NCBI GenBank assembly: GCA_963726755.1 | Contig: CAVSDB010000001.1 | Span: 1,221,668 to 1,285,667, forward strand | Length of the DNA stretch: 64,000 nucleotides | Reading direction: 5' to 3' | Source: an uncultured Actinomycetota bacterium | Lineage (GTDB): Bacteria; Actinomycetota; Actinomycetes; JAHEKZ01 | Shown: piece by piece, positions 38,791-47,923 of the stretch | Layout: the number at the start of each line of letters is the position of its first letter | Numbering within the stretch: the first letter of the stretch is position 1 | The notes under the pieces: model-generated | The model's database searches: none | The model's input: the letters and a program-made list of their open reading frames with translations, nothing else | What the model was told of the DNA's origin: nothing | Made by a program: the position numbers and the translations under genes

Positions 38791-39591
38791 TCAGCTCAGC
38801 GGAGGGGGTGGCATCAACGCTCGAGCGAAGTAGCGCCCGTCGTGCACGTCAACCACTAACGGCGTGCCGAATGTCGCGGTCAGCCACGCTGACGTGACCA
38901 CAGACGTCACGGGACCTGCCGCTACGACCGATCCCCCACGCAGCAGCAACGCGTGCGTGAACCCGGGCGGAATCTCCTCGACGTGGTGCGTCACCAAGAC
39001 CAGCGCTGGACTCCACGGATCGCGAGCCAGCATGTCCAAGCGAGAAACCAGTGCCTCGCGTCCGCCAAGGTCGAGACCCGCGCCCGGCTCATCGAGCAGC
39101 AGCAACTCAGGGTCGGTCATCAGCGCTCGTGCGATCTGAACCCGCTTGCGTTCGCCTTCGCTCAACGTGCCGAAGGTCCGGTCGGCAAGACCGCCGACTC
39201 CGAGCGTTGTCAGCAAGTGCTGCGCCCGCTGCAGGTCCATGGGGTCGTACGACTCGCGCCATCGACCCACCACGCCATACGACGCGGTGACGATGACGTC
39301 GATCACCCGCTCGCCGCCAGGAATCGCGTCGGCCATCGCTGCGCTGGCGAGTCCGACCCGGGGTCGCAACTCGAAGACGTCCACCGCACCGAGTCGTTCG
39401 TCAAGCACGTCGACACTCCCCGACGTGGGGTGCATGCGGGCCGCCGCAAGTTGGATCAGCGTCGTCTTGCCAGCGCCGTTGGGACCGAGAACGACCCAGC
39501 GCTCGCCCTCCTCGACAGTCCAGTTGACGGCGTCGAGGATTCGCTTGTCGCCACGCACCAGCGAGACGTCGGCCAGCCGCAGCACACTCAC
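38791..39591 (-). CDS. Stand-alone ABC ATPase (ModF/YlmA-like)
   Basis: Walker A GPNGAGKTT, signature LSEGERKR, Walker B LLLLDEPGAGLD, and the H-loop VLVTHH. No adjacent permease. Confidence 0.85.
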   Translation of the reverse strand: MSVLRLADVSLVRGDKRILDAVNWTVEEGERWVVLGPNGAGKTTLIQLAAARMHPTSGSVDVLDERLGAVDVFELRPRVGLASAAMADAIPGGERVIDVIVTASYGVVGRWRESYDPMDLQRAQHLLTTLGVGGLADRTFGTLSEGERKRVQIARALMTDPELLLLDEPGAGLDLGGREALVSRLDMLARDPWSPALVLVTHHVEEIPPGFTHALLLRGGSVVAAGPVTSVVTSAWLTATFGTPLVVDVHDGRYFARALMPPPPLS

Positions 39592-39655
39592 AACGTCAAC
39601 CTATGACCTTGAGCCGCCGCCCCTCGGAGGGCTCGCCCACCGGCCTTCTAGTCTC

Positions 39656-40444
39656 GTGTGCGTGCTCCTGACCAACCAGCCTCGATGCGCGCGGCTCGCC
39701 GCGTGGGGTACCGCCGTGCTGCGTGGCCGAGTCGCGATCGACCACGCGTTGGACGCCGTCCTGGGCGAAGACGAGGCCGTGGAGTTCGTGGCCCTTCCCG
39801 GGACTGACGGGCCGGTTTCGTTCACCTCAGCCATCGGCGAGTTCCGACGGCTCGCCATCACCGGCCTGGTCTACGCAGCGGCACTTCCCGGGGACGTCAT
39901 GGGACTCCCCGGTCCCCCGATCTTCAACGCCGCTGCCGTGGCGAGTGGCGGAGCAGTCCTCGCAGCGGACGGACTCCCGCTTGGCTTCTTGGCCACGGTG
40001 CAACAACACGGACCTGAGGGTGACGCCGTTTCCACCGTCGAGTGGCAGTCGCACGAGGTTGCCCGCTTCGCGCCAGCGCCCACGCTCTCGTTGTCCGAGG
40101 CCGAGCGTCAGTTGCTCGAGACGTTGAACGAGTCCGTGACTGAACTTGGTCGTCTCGACGTCGAGCGCTGGCGTGAGGAGGCAACCGACCTCGCGGTCGG
40201 GTGGCATGAGGGCGCTCAAGATGTACTGCCACCGGGTCTACCCGAACGTGCTCAGCGACTCATCGGCCGCAGCGAACGGATGGCTCAGGTCTTGGCGCTG
40301 GCTATCGACGATGACGGCGGAGCAGTGTCGAGTAGTGAGGCAGTCCAACGGCGTCAAACGCTGACGACGTTGCAACGCCACGTTCAACAAGCAGCGGTCA
40401 CGGCCTGGAACAGCGGGCTGTCCCCTGCCGCCTCGGTACCGTAG
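39656..40444 (+). CDS. Hypothetical protein
   Basis: This is the in-frame tail of ORF 39146..40444. The upstream part is an antisense shadow of the ABC ATPase. GTG candidates are at 39656, 39662 and 39710. I recognise no motif. Confidence 0.45.
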   Translation: MCVLLTNQPRCARLAAWGTAVLRGRVAIDHALDAVLGEDEAVEFVALPGTDGPVSFTSAIGEFRRLAITGLVYAAALPGDVMGLPGPPIFNAAAVASGGAVLAADGLPLGFLATVQQHGPEGDAVSTVEWQSHEVARFAPAPTLSLSEAERQLLETLNESVTELGRLDVERWREEATDLAVGWHEGAQDVLPPGLPERAQRLIGRSERMAQVLALAIDDDGGAVSSSEAVQRRQTLTTLQRHVQQAAVTAWNSGLSPAASVP

Positions 40445-40451
40445 GCGCGCC

Positions 40452-41682
40452 ATGACCTCGCCTTCGTCTCTCCCACCAACAGCCGTCACCATCATCGGCG
40501 AGACAACGCTGCTGACACTTTCTGGCGAAGACCGCCCAGGAGTCAGCAAGCGGTTGTTCGAGTCGCTGGCGACACTCGACCTACTCATTCTCGACGTCGA
40601 GCAGGTCGTGATACGTGGCCAGTTGATCCTGGCGACTTTGGTAGCGCCCGGCCCCTCGGCCGCTCCTGACGTCCTACAAGCGGCGGTCGCACTCGGACAG
40701 CAGACAGCTGAATCACTCGACATGCGACTCGCCTACGAGCACGGCTCCAACGACCGAACAACCGTCAACAGTTCGCGTGTTCATGTCACTCTGCTCGGCG
40801 CGCCACTTCGACCCGGGCGCTCTAGCGATGATCGCGACCCAGACTTCCGCAAACGGCGGCAACATCGATCGCATCGAACGTCTGGCCGCCTACCCGGTGA
40901 CCGCGCTGGAACTCGATGTCTCTGGAGCCGATCCCGATCTGTTGCGCGCGCAACTCACCGAGACTGCCGTCGCAGCCGGTGTCGATATCGCAGTACAACG
41001 AACCGGACTGCACCGACGGGCCAAACGCCTGGTTGTTATGGACGTCGACTCGACCCTGATTCAAGGCGAGGTCATTGAAATGCTCGCCGCACACGCTGGT
41101 TGCGAGGCCGAAGTCCGCGAGATCACCCTCGCGGCAATGCGTGGTGAAGTCGACTTCGAAGAGTCGCTGCGTTCTCGGGTACAGCTGCTTGCCGGGACAC
41201 CCACATCAGCCGTTGGCGAGGTTCGACGGTCAATCGCACTTGCACCGGGTGCACGCACGTTGGTGCGAACACTTAAGCGACTCGGGATTCAGATCGGCAT
41301 CGTCAGTGGTGGCTTCAGCCAGGTGGTCGATGCGCTGGTCGAGGACTTGGGCTTGGACTTTGGCGCAGCCAACACTTTGGAAATTTCCGACGATCGACTG
41401 ACAGGACGTCTCGTCGGACCGATCGTCGACCGTGCTGGCAAGGCGATGGCACTTCGTACGTTCGCCGCTGCAGCACGCGTTCCGTTGTCGCAGACCGTGG
41501 CCATCGGTGACGGTGCGAACGACCTCGACATGTTGTCCACTGCCGGTCTGGGAGTCGCCTTCAACGCGAAGCCGCTAGTTCGTCGGGCCGCCGACACTTC
41601 GGTGAGCGTGCCGTACCTAGACTCGGTGCTGTTCCTGTTGGGCATCACTCGTGAAGAAATTGACGCCGCAGACGAGTGGTAA
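40452..41682 (+). pseudogene. serB: Phosphoserine phosphatase SerB (ACT-ACT-HAD), frame-disrupted at about 40816
   Basis: ORF 40452..41078 gives ACT-like TLLTLSGEDRPGVSKRLFESLA...VHVTLLGAPLRPG. ORF 40777..41682 continues ALAMIATQTSANGGNIDRIERL... with HAD motifs VVMDVDSTLIQGEVIE and IGDGANDLDML. Removing one G of the GGG at 40815-40817 joins them. Confidence 0.85.
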
Positions 41683-41746
41683 CCCCCACTCACTTGGCCT
41701 TGCCAATGTTGCTGCAGTTCGGCGCGCAGATCTCGATTCGCGAATC

Positions 41747-41800
41747 GATCTTGAGGTTTGCAGCAGGAACCCGGCGTGTTGTGCTGCAAACCTCAAGATC
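41747..41800 (+). terminator. Long perfect hairpin downstream of serB (19-bp stem, 16-nt loop)
   Basis: GATCTTGAGGTTTGCAGCA-ggaacccggcgtgttg-TGCTGCAAACCTCAAGATC. It is preceded by the 16-bp palindrome TCGATTCGCGAATCGA. There is no U-tract. Confidence 0.5.
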
Positions 41801-41928
41801 GTCAGGGCTCTGAGGCAGGAATGGGATGTATTGGCGATTGACGACGTTGGTCACCCGCGTCAGACCTCGCCGCCAAGCCAACCGCTCGATAGCGACACAC
41901 CGCTGCGGCACGTCGACGGGGCCGTAGG

Positions 41929-43113
41929 GTGCCGGGCATGACAGAGAACGGAACGGATTGGCGGCTGCTCGATGACGTTGCGACGGCATGGTTCGACGCG
42001 CCTTCGCTGATCGAGGGGGCTGCGCTGGCTGGGCGCGTCGTGGAGCTGTCGACTGAGATCGCGGTCGACCTTCGCGCGACCGGCATTCGGGTCCGCCTGG
42101 ACTCAGACGAGCACGCCGAGGCGGTGTCGGCGGCCGCGCGGGATCTCGGGCTGACTGCGAACCCTGCCGCGCTGCAGCACCTGAGCGTCGTGTTCGAATC
42201 CGAGAACCCGTCTGTGGTGAGGGAGTTTTGGCAGCGCGTGCTCGACTACCAGCCTGCGGAGGACGGCGGTTTGGCGGATCCGTTGCGGCGCGACCCCGCG
42301 ATACGGATCCTTCAGTCGACCGAGCCACGGCCGTTGCGAAACCGCATCCACCTCGACGTCGTGCGACCAGCGGCGGCAGTCGCGCAGGCGAGTCTTGGTG
42401 AGGCATCGGGACCGTTCGGGGTCCGTCACAGCGACCCCGACGGCAACGAGGTCGACCTGGTGCCGGGCGAGGTGCTCGGCGATGGGATCGGGACGGCCGA
42501 CTGGCAGGCGGTGTTCAGTGCAATGGCGTGCTACCGCATCACCTCGCCGACGCAGCAGCGTGACCTGGCCGCCGCAGCAGCGGCACTGGCCGACGACGCG
42601 GGCTTCCCGCTGCTGGTCGACCTGCGCCCCGGGCTGGTGATCTTCGACACTGGTAAGGACCAGTGGGAGGACGACTCCCACGGCCTCGACCTCGACTTCA
42701 CCGACCTCGCCGGAAACCTCCAGACCGTCGCCCGCGAACTCGGGGCCACTGCGGATCCGGGGCTGCCGCGCTTCGCACAGCTCTTCCTCGACGCCGCCGA
42801 CGTCGCCGCGGTCCGCGCGTTCTGGGTCGCCGCACTCGGATACGCCCACGACCGGCGATCCGAGCTCAGCGACATCCACGATCCGCGCCGGCTGAACCCG
42901 GTGCTGGTGTTCCAAGAGCTCGACGCTTCGGAGACGGAGCGGCGCCAACAGCGCAACCGGATCCACTTCGAACTCGCGGTGCCGTCAGACCTCGCGCAGA
43001 CACGCCTCGCCACGACCGTCGCAGCCGGTGGCCGGCTCCTTGACGAGTCGGAGGATCGCTGGCGGGTCGCCGACCCCGAAGGCAACGAATTGGTGATCGT
43101 CGGTGGGGCATGA
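41929..43113 (+). CDS. Tandem (pterin-dehydratase-like + Glyoxalase_6/VOC-like) x2 protein
   Basis: Two internal repeats each end in the VOC-like signature RNRIHLDV...SDPDGNEVDLV and RNRIHFELAV...ADPEGNELVIV. An alternative start is ATG 41938. Confidence 0.6.
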   Translation: MPGMTENGTDWRLLDDVATAWFDAPSLIEGAALAGRVVELSTEIAVDLRATGIRVRLDSDEHAEAVSAAARDLGLTANPAALQHLSVVFESENPSVVREFWQRVLDYQPAEDGGLADPLRRDPAIRILQSTEPRPLRNRIHLDVVRPAAAVAQASLGEASGPFGVRHSDPDGNEVDLVPGEVLGDGIGTADWQAVFSAMACYRITSPTQQRDLAAAAAALADDAGFPLLVDLRPGLVIFDTGKDQWEDDSHGLDLDFTDLAGNLQTVARELGATADPGLPRFAQLFLDAADVAAVRAFWVAALGYAHDRRSELSDIHDPRRLNPVLVFQELDASETERRQQRNRIHFELAVPSDLAQTRLATTVAAGGRLLDESEDRWRVADPEGNELVIVGGA

Positions 43114-43145
43114 GTCGCAGGAAGACCTAGGAAGGAAGCGTTGAC

Positions 43146-43451
43146 ATGTGGGCGCAACTTCAGAAGGTGGTTACGAAGCCGGAGAGTGAAGCGCAGTTGC
43201 TTGACGTGTTCGAGCAACTCCAAGCAATTGAACAGGAAGATTCGGGCCTGTTGAGGACCATGATTATGCGGAGTCAGAACGATCCGACTCTGGTGTACGT
43301 CCTGGTCTTGTTCGACAACGAGGAGAACGCGCGAGCGCGGGAGCAAGACCCCCGGCGTCAGCAGGGGCTAGAGCGCGTTCGGGCTGCGTTGGGGGACGTG
43401 CTGGACGGTCCGCCCGAGTTCTTCGACCTCAACGTGTTGCGGGACAGGTAG
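43146..43451 (+). CDS. ABM/dimeric alpha-beta-barrel-like small protein
   Basis: 101 aa reading MWAQLQKVVTKPESEAQLLDVFEQL...LVYVLVLFDNEENARARE. The assignment rests on fold-level resemblance only. Confidence 0.5.
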   Translation: MWAQLQKVVTKPESEAQLLDVFEQLQAIEQEDSGLLRTMIMRSQNDPTLVYVLVLFDNEENARAREQDPRRQQGLERVRAALGDVLDGPPEFFDLNVLRDR

Positions 43452-43553
43452 GCCCACGGGAAATGCCAGCTACAGCCACGACAATCCTCGCGAGGACCCC
43501 CGACTGCATCCCAGCACCTGTTGCTACTTCGCAAAAGGACTAGGAGGGCTGCT

Positions 43554-44117
43554 TCAGGACGATGTACGTCCTAGGACACGGAAGCGAAGGAGGCTGACGT
43601 CTCCCGAGCGTTTGCTGCTGATCGGTTCCAAGTCCACTCGCGAAAGTCCCGGGGACGAAAAGGGGATGCCGTCGCCGGCAATGAGGGGCAGCACGTACAC
43701 CAGGATCTCGTCGACGAGTCCGCGCTGCAGACACTGACCGGCGACATCGGCGCCAAGCAGTTCTAGGTCCTTTCCCCCAGCAGCGTCCAGTGCAGTGGCG
43801 ACCGCTACCTCGATGTCACCGGTGAGAATCCTGACCTCCGGGTTCGGCGGCTCCAGCGGCCGATGAGTCAGGAGGAACATGGGGCCGGAGAACGGGTAGT
43901 CGTAACTGTCGGGCTCCTCGGCCTGCATCTTGGCGCCGGTGTCCCACGTCCGTCGGCCGATGAGCATGGCTCCGGTGGCCCCCGCGATCTCCACCAGATC
44001 GTCCGGTGCCACCAGGCCACTCACACGCAGCCAACTCCGCGCGTCCATCGCATGACCAGGACCGGCGATGAAACCATCGATCGACACTGCTCTGTTCACG
44101 ACGACTTTCCCGCTCAT
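43554..44117 (-). CDS. Dihydrofolate reductase-like (RibD C-terminal domain) protein
   Basis: MSGKVVVNRAVSIDGFIAGPG..., MLIGRRTWD, and VDEILVYVLPLIAGDGIPF. The upstream part of ORF 43554..44495 is an Arg-rich shadow. Confidence 0.8.
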   Translation of the reverse strand: MSGKVVVNRAVSIDGFIAGPGHAMDARSWLRVSGLVAPDDLVEIAGATGAMLIGRRTWDTGAKMQAEEPDSYDYPFSGPMFLLTHRPLEPPNPEVRILTGDIEVAVATALDAAGGKDLELLGADVAGQCLQRGLVDEILVYVLPLIAGDGIPFSSPGLSRVDLEPISSKRSGDVSLLRFRVLGRTSS

Positions 44118-44170
44118 GTCCGCCCACCTTCTGGTCTCTACAGTGTCACGAAAGCCTAACCGTTGACTGA

Positions 44171-44560
44171 TCACATGGACCGGCGACTCGAAAGCACGCA
44201 GAACTCGTTTCCCTCTGGATCGGCAAGTACCACCCAGCTCGCATCCCCTTGTCCGACGTCGACGTGTCGAGCACCTAGAACGAGCAAGCGACGGACCTCT
44301 TCGTCTTGCTCGCGGTCGGTGGGGTTGACGTCGATGTGGAGCCGGTTCTTGACGGTCTTGGTCTCGGGCACGTGCGCGAATATCAACGTAGGTGGCATGG
44401 GACCAACCCGGTTCCCGTCTGCGGGCGCCATCGGCACGCCAATTTCGACGATCCCATCCTCGTCGTCGAGTACTTCGTAGCCGAGGACCGCGCACCAGAA
44501 CCGAGCCAGACCGTTGGGATCGACACAGTCGATCGCAAGTTCGGTGAATCTACTGGCCAT
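44171..44560 (-). CDS. VOC family protein (Glyoxalase_6-like)
   Basis: FTELAIDCVDPNGLARFWCAVLGYEV...KNRLHIDVNP...VVLADPEGNEFCVL. Confidence 0.75.
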   Translation of the reverse strand: MASRFTELAIDCVDPNGLARFWCAVLGYEVLDDEDGIVEIGVPMAPADGNRVGPMPPTLIFAHVPETKTVKNRLHIDVNPTDREQDEEVRRLLVLGARHVDVGQGDASWVVLADPEGNEFCVLSSRRSM

Positions 44561-44568
44561 GAGGGCTG

Positions 44569-44952
44569 TCAATCCTCCTCGCGACACAAGCAGAACGGGT
44601 GCCCCGCCGGGTCGAAGAGCACTCGGACATTTTGCTGAGGCTGTTCTACAGCTAGCGTCGCACCGAGTGCGACCGCGTCAGCGACCGCGGAGTCGAGATC
44701 GCCGACCTGGAAATCGAAGTGCATCATCGGACGCTGCTGCCCATCAACAGGCGGCCAGACCGGCGCCTGGTAGTCGGTTGCCTGCTGGAACACGATGTAG
44801 ATCGGCCCCTCCGGCGCGGCAAGGATTGCGGTTCCTGACTCCTCGTGACCAATCGGCCAACCGAGCAAGTCAGAGTAGAAGTGGGCCAGGGCGCCGGGGT
44901 CAGGTGCTTCGATCGCAGTTCCCCACCACATGCCGTTCATTCGAGAGCGCAT
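44569..44952 (-). CDS. VOC family protein
   Basis: GTAIEAPDPGALAHFYSDLLGWPI...MHFDFQVGDLDSAVADAVALGA...VLFDPAGHPFCL. Confidence 0.75.
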   Translation of the reverse strand: MRSRMNGMWWGTAIEAPDPGALAHFYSDLLGWPIGHEESGTAILAAPEGPIYIVFQQATDYQAPVWPPVDGQQRPMMHFDFQVGDLDSAVADAVALGATLAVEQPQQNVRVLFDPAGHPFCLCREED

Positions 44953-45053
44953 GGCACCAGCCTGTCGCTCCCGTCCAGCTTCGTCTAGGCATGCGCGACG
45001 CCAGCCGCGCTAATGTCGTGTCTCGCTACCGACTCCAAGGCGGTGACGAGTCT

Positions 45054-46392
45054 ATGGAACGACCGTCGGTGCACTACGCCCATACGCCTGACGGCGCCCA
45101 CATTGCCTTTCAGAGCATTGGTGTCGGCCGTTCGGACATCCTCTTCATCCCTGGCCAACTCAGCCATCTCGACCTTCGTTGGGAGTGGCCCGACGACGTT
45201 CGCTGGCTCACAAGTCTCGCAGAACTCGGTCGGGTCGTCGTTCTTGACCGCCGCGGAGTGGGACTGTCGGATCGGCTGTCACCCGGAGACGTCCCTTCCG
45301 CAGAAGTAATGGCCTCGGATTTAGATGCGGTCATTCAGGCTGCACATCTCGAACGACCGGTGTTATTCGGCTTCGCGGAAGGCGCTCAGATCGCTGCCTT
45401 CTATGCCGCTATGCATCCGGAGCGGGTCAGTGGTCTTGCGGTCTACGCGCTCTGGTCACATACACCTGAAGGCGAACGTGCTGACTGGAAGAGCTACATC
45501 GACTGGGCATGTGAAGCTTGGGGATCTCTTGAAATCGCCCAGGTATCGGTCCGCGAGGTCATGCCTAGCCGGGCAGGCGACGCCGACCTCGTTGCAGCAA
45601 CGGCGCGCCTGCAGCGGGCCGCACTAAGCCCTGGCGCGACGCGACCGCTCTTCGAGGCGGACATAGAACTGGATGTTCGCGGTGTATTACCCAGCCTGAC
45701 CGTTCCGACACTGGTCCTGACTCGCGAGCACGACAGCGCCATCGACCCTGCACTCCTTACCGAGACAGCATCACTCATCCCTCACGCACAGCACGTCGTG
45801 CTGCCCGGAACAGATCACTGGTTCAGCACTGATCCACAAGAACCGATGCTCGAAGCCTTCGCAGGAATTCCTTAATGAAATTCGGGGCATTCATACCGTG
45901 CCAACTCGCCGTTTGGCGACCGTGCTGTTCACCGATCTGGTCGACTCGACTCAGACCGCAGCCAGTGTTGGAGATTCAGCCTGGATCAAATTGCTTCATC
46001 AACACAACGAAATCGTCAGGCACAATCTCGCCCGCTTTGCCGGAACGGAAGTCGATACAGCTGGTGACGGATTCTTCGCCACCTTCGACGGTCCAGCGCG
46101 GGCAGTGCGCTGCGCTGCGTCAATCATCGATGAACTCGCTGAGCTCGGGCTCCGAGTACGCGCTGGCGTTCACGTTGGTGAGGTCGAGAGCGCAGATGGG
46201 AAGGTAGCCGGCATCGGCGTGGTTATCGGCGCACGCGTCGCGGCACTTGCCGAGCCGGGCCAAATCTTGGTTACCAGGACTGTCAAAGATCTGACAGCCG
46301 GCTCAGGGCTGACGTTCGAACCAGCGGGTGACCGCGAGCTCAAGGGTGTGCCAGATCGCTGGACGCTGTTTAGCGCCCACGCTCCTACCTGA
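45054..46392 (+). pseudogene. Alpha/beta hydrolase fused to a class III adenylate/guanylate cyclase (LipJ-like), frame-disrupted at about 45865-45870
   Basis: The hydrolase part starts at MERPSVHYAHTPDGAHIAFQSIG and ends ...MLEAFAGIP*. The +1 frame continues FLNEIRGIHTVPTRRLATVLFTDLVDST...TAGDGFFATFDGP...RAGVHVGEVE, which is a cyclase domain. One base fewer in gcaGGAATTcct joins them. Confidence 0.8.
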
Positions 46393-46429
46393 CCGCAAAC
46401 CGACATCGTGAACGGCCGCCCGTTACGCA

Positions 46430-46892
46430 TCAGTCCAGACAGAACTCGTTGCCCTTCGGGGTCCGTCATAACGATGAAGCCTGCGCTCATTGGGAGGTCC
46501 GGCTCGAAGCGTTGAACGCGCGTTGCTTTCAACGCCACCAGTCGATCGCACTCGGCCTCAAGCGCTGCCATCCGCTCCTCCCCCTGTAGACCGGGAGCCG
46601 CGCGTACATCGAGGTGGATGCGATTCTTGGCAACCTTGCCCTCGGGAACTCGTTGGAAGAAGATTCGCGGACCCACTCCGTCAGGGTCCTCTAGAGCCGA
46701 TGCGCTGTTGCGCTCCTCCTCTGGGACTCCAGCCTTCTCCAGGAAGTCACCCCATGCGGCCAACGGATCCGCGCCCTCGGGTAAATCGACACCCGGCGGT
46801 GCTGGGTGGACATACCCGAGGGCGTCGCGCCAGAACGACGACAGCGACTCAGGATCGTGGGCGTCGAACGTGATCTGGATGGCACGACTCAT
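46430..46892 (-). pseudogene. VOC family protein (Glyoxalase_6-like), frame-disrupted at about 46453
   Basis: MSRAIQITFDAHDPESLSSFWRDALGY...KNRIHLDVRA...GFIVMTDPEG is followed out of frame by NEFCLD*. Removing one C of the CCC at 46452-46454 restores DPEGNEFCLD with the stop at 46430-46432. Confidence 0.7.
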
Positions 46893-47173
46893 AGTTCGAT
46901 GCTCTCCACCTGCTCGACGACTGTTCCCCGGGGATTCACGACGATGTTCGCCGCCGGACCAGCCCAGACGCCCTGCAGATTGTCCAACAACTTCTGCGCG
47001 GAGGCTGCGTCGTCAAAGTCGAGGTCGATAAAGACATGGTTGGGTTCGCTCGCGGACCGGCCTACTCGGTAGCTGCGAACACCCGAACCCTTGCGATCGG
47101 CAGGATCGTTGTCGAACTGCTGCTTCCAGTTGTCGTAGTCGTGAACGGTGTGCTCGATGCGAAGGGTAGTCAT
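46889..47173 (-). CDS. Hypothetical small protein (alpha/beta-barrel-like)
   Basis: 94 aa with a 4-nt overlap with the downstream VOC gene. MTTLRIEHTVHDYDNWKQQFDNDPADRKG. No family is recognised with certainty. Confidence 0.5.
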   Translation of the reverse strand: MTTLRIEHTVHDYDNWKQQFDNDPADRKGSGVRSYRVGRSASEPNHVFIDLDFDDAASAQKLLDNLQGVWAGPAANIVVNPRGTVVEQVESIEL

Positions 47174-47206
47174 AACCTCATCCTGCCCTAACTTGGCGAT
47201 GTTCGA

Positions 47207-47728
47207 TCAACGCGGATCCAGTTCCTTTCGCAGGTGCAGCTGTGCGTGGCCCTTGGGATAGTCCGGCGTCTTGCCGACCTCGACGTACCCGCGTCGTCGA
47301 TAGAAGTCTGGTGCTTGAAATGTGTGCGTGGACAACACCATGGACGTGCATCCCCTGGCGACCGCTTCGGCTTCTGCGGCATCCATGAGTCGGGTACCGA
47401 TCCCCTGACGTCGATTGGACTCAGCAACCCACAAAACGTCGACGTAGCCGCATTCGCCCCACGTCCAGCCCGTGAGTCCCGCCACGAGTTCGCCCGCTTC
47501 ATCCTCGACCCGAATCGACATACCCCTGCCGTCAGCAAGTCCGGTCGCCTCGACGTTGAACTCGTAGATTCGTTCGTCGAGCAGGGTCGCTAGCTCTCGG
47601 TCTTCGTCCCCGTGCACCAGGACGAAACCTTGGGTCGGGTCAGGTTCCACGCAGCCATCCTGCCGGAACACCGTGCCCTGCACGCCAGATCCCTTGCAGG
47701 TGCTCGTCAGAAACCGCATACTCGCCAC
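47207..47728 (-). CDS. GNAT family N-acetyltransferase
   Basis: The acetyl-CoA motif is LWVAESNRRQGIGTRLMDAAEAEAVARG. The start is GTG 47728 or ATG 47719. Confidence 0.8.
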   Translation of the reverse strand: MASMRFLTSTCKGSGVQGTVFRQDGCVEPDPTQGFVLVHGDEDRELATLLDERIYEFNVEATGLADGRGMSIRVEDEAGELVAGLTGWTWGECGYVDVLWVAESNRRQGIGTRLMDAAEAEAVARGCTSMVLSTHTFQAPDFYRRRGYVEVGKTPDYPKGHAQLHLRKELDPR

Positions 47729-47923
47729 ATGGAGGCCAAGAGGAGCAAGAATCCCTACGCAATGACGCTGGCCGAGTTGGAAAGTGCCACTCGTATTCCC
47801 TTTGAGGAGCAGGTCACTGAGCAGGAGGCCGTTCGCCCGGTTGACTCCGGAAATGAATGGGATGAGTTGAAACGTCAGATGCTTCTTGCTGGCGGAGCCT
47901 GATTCGACAATCGAAGTCGACGA

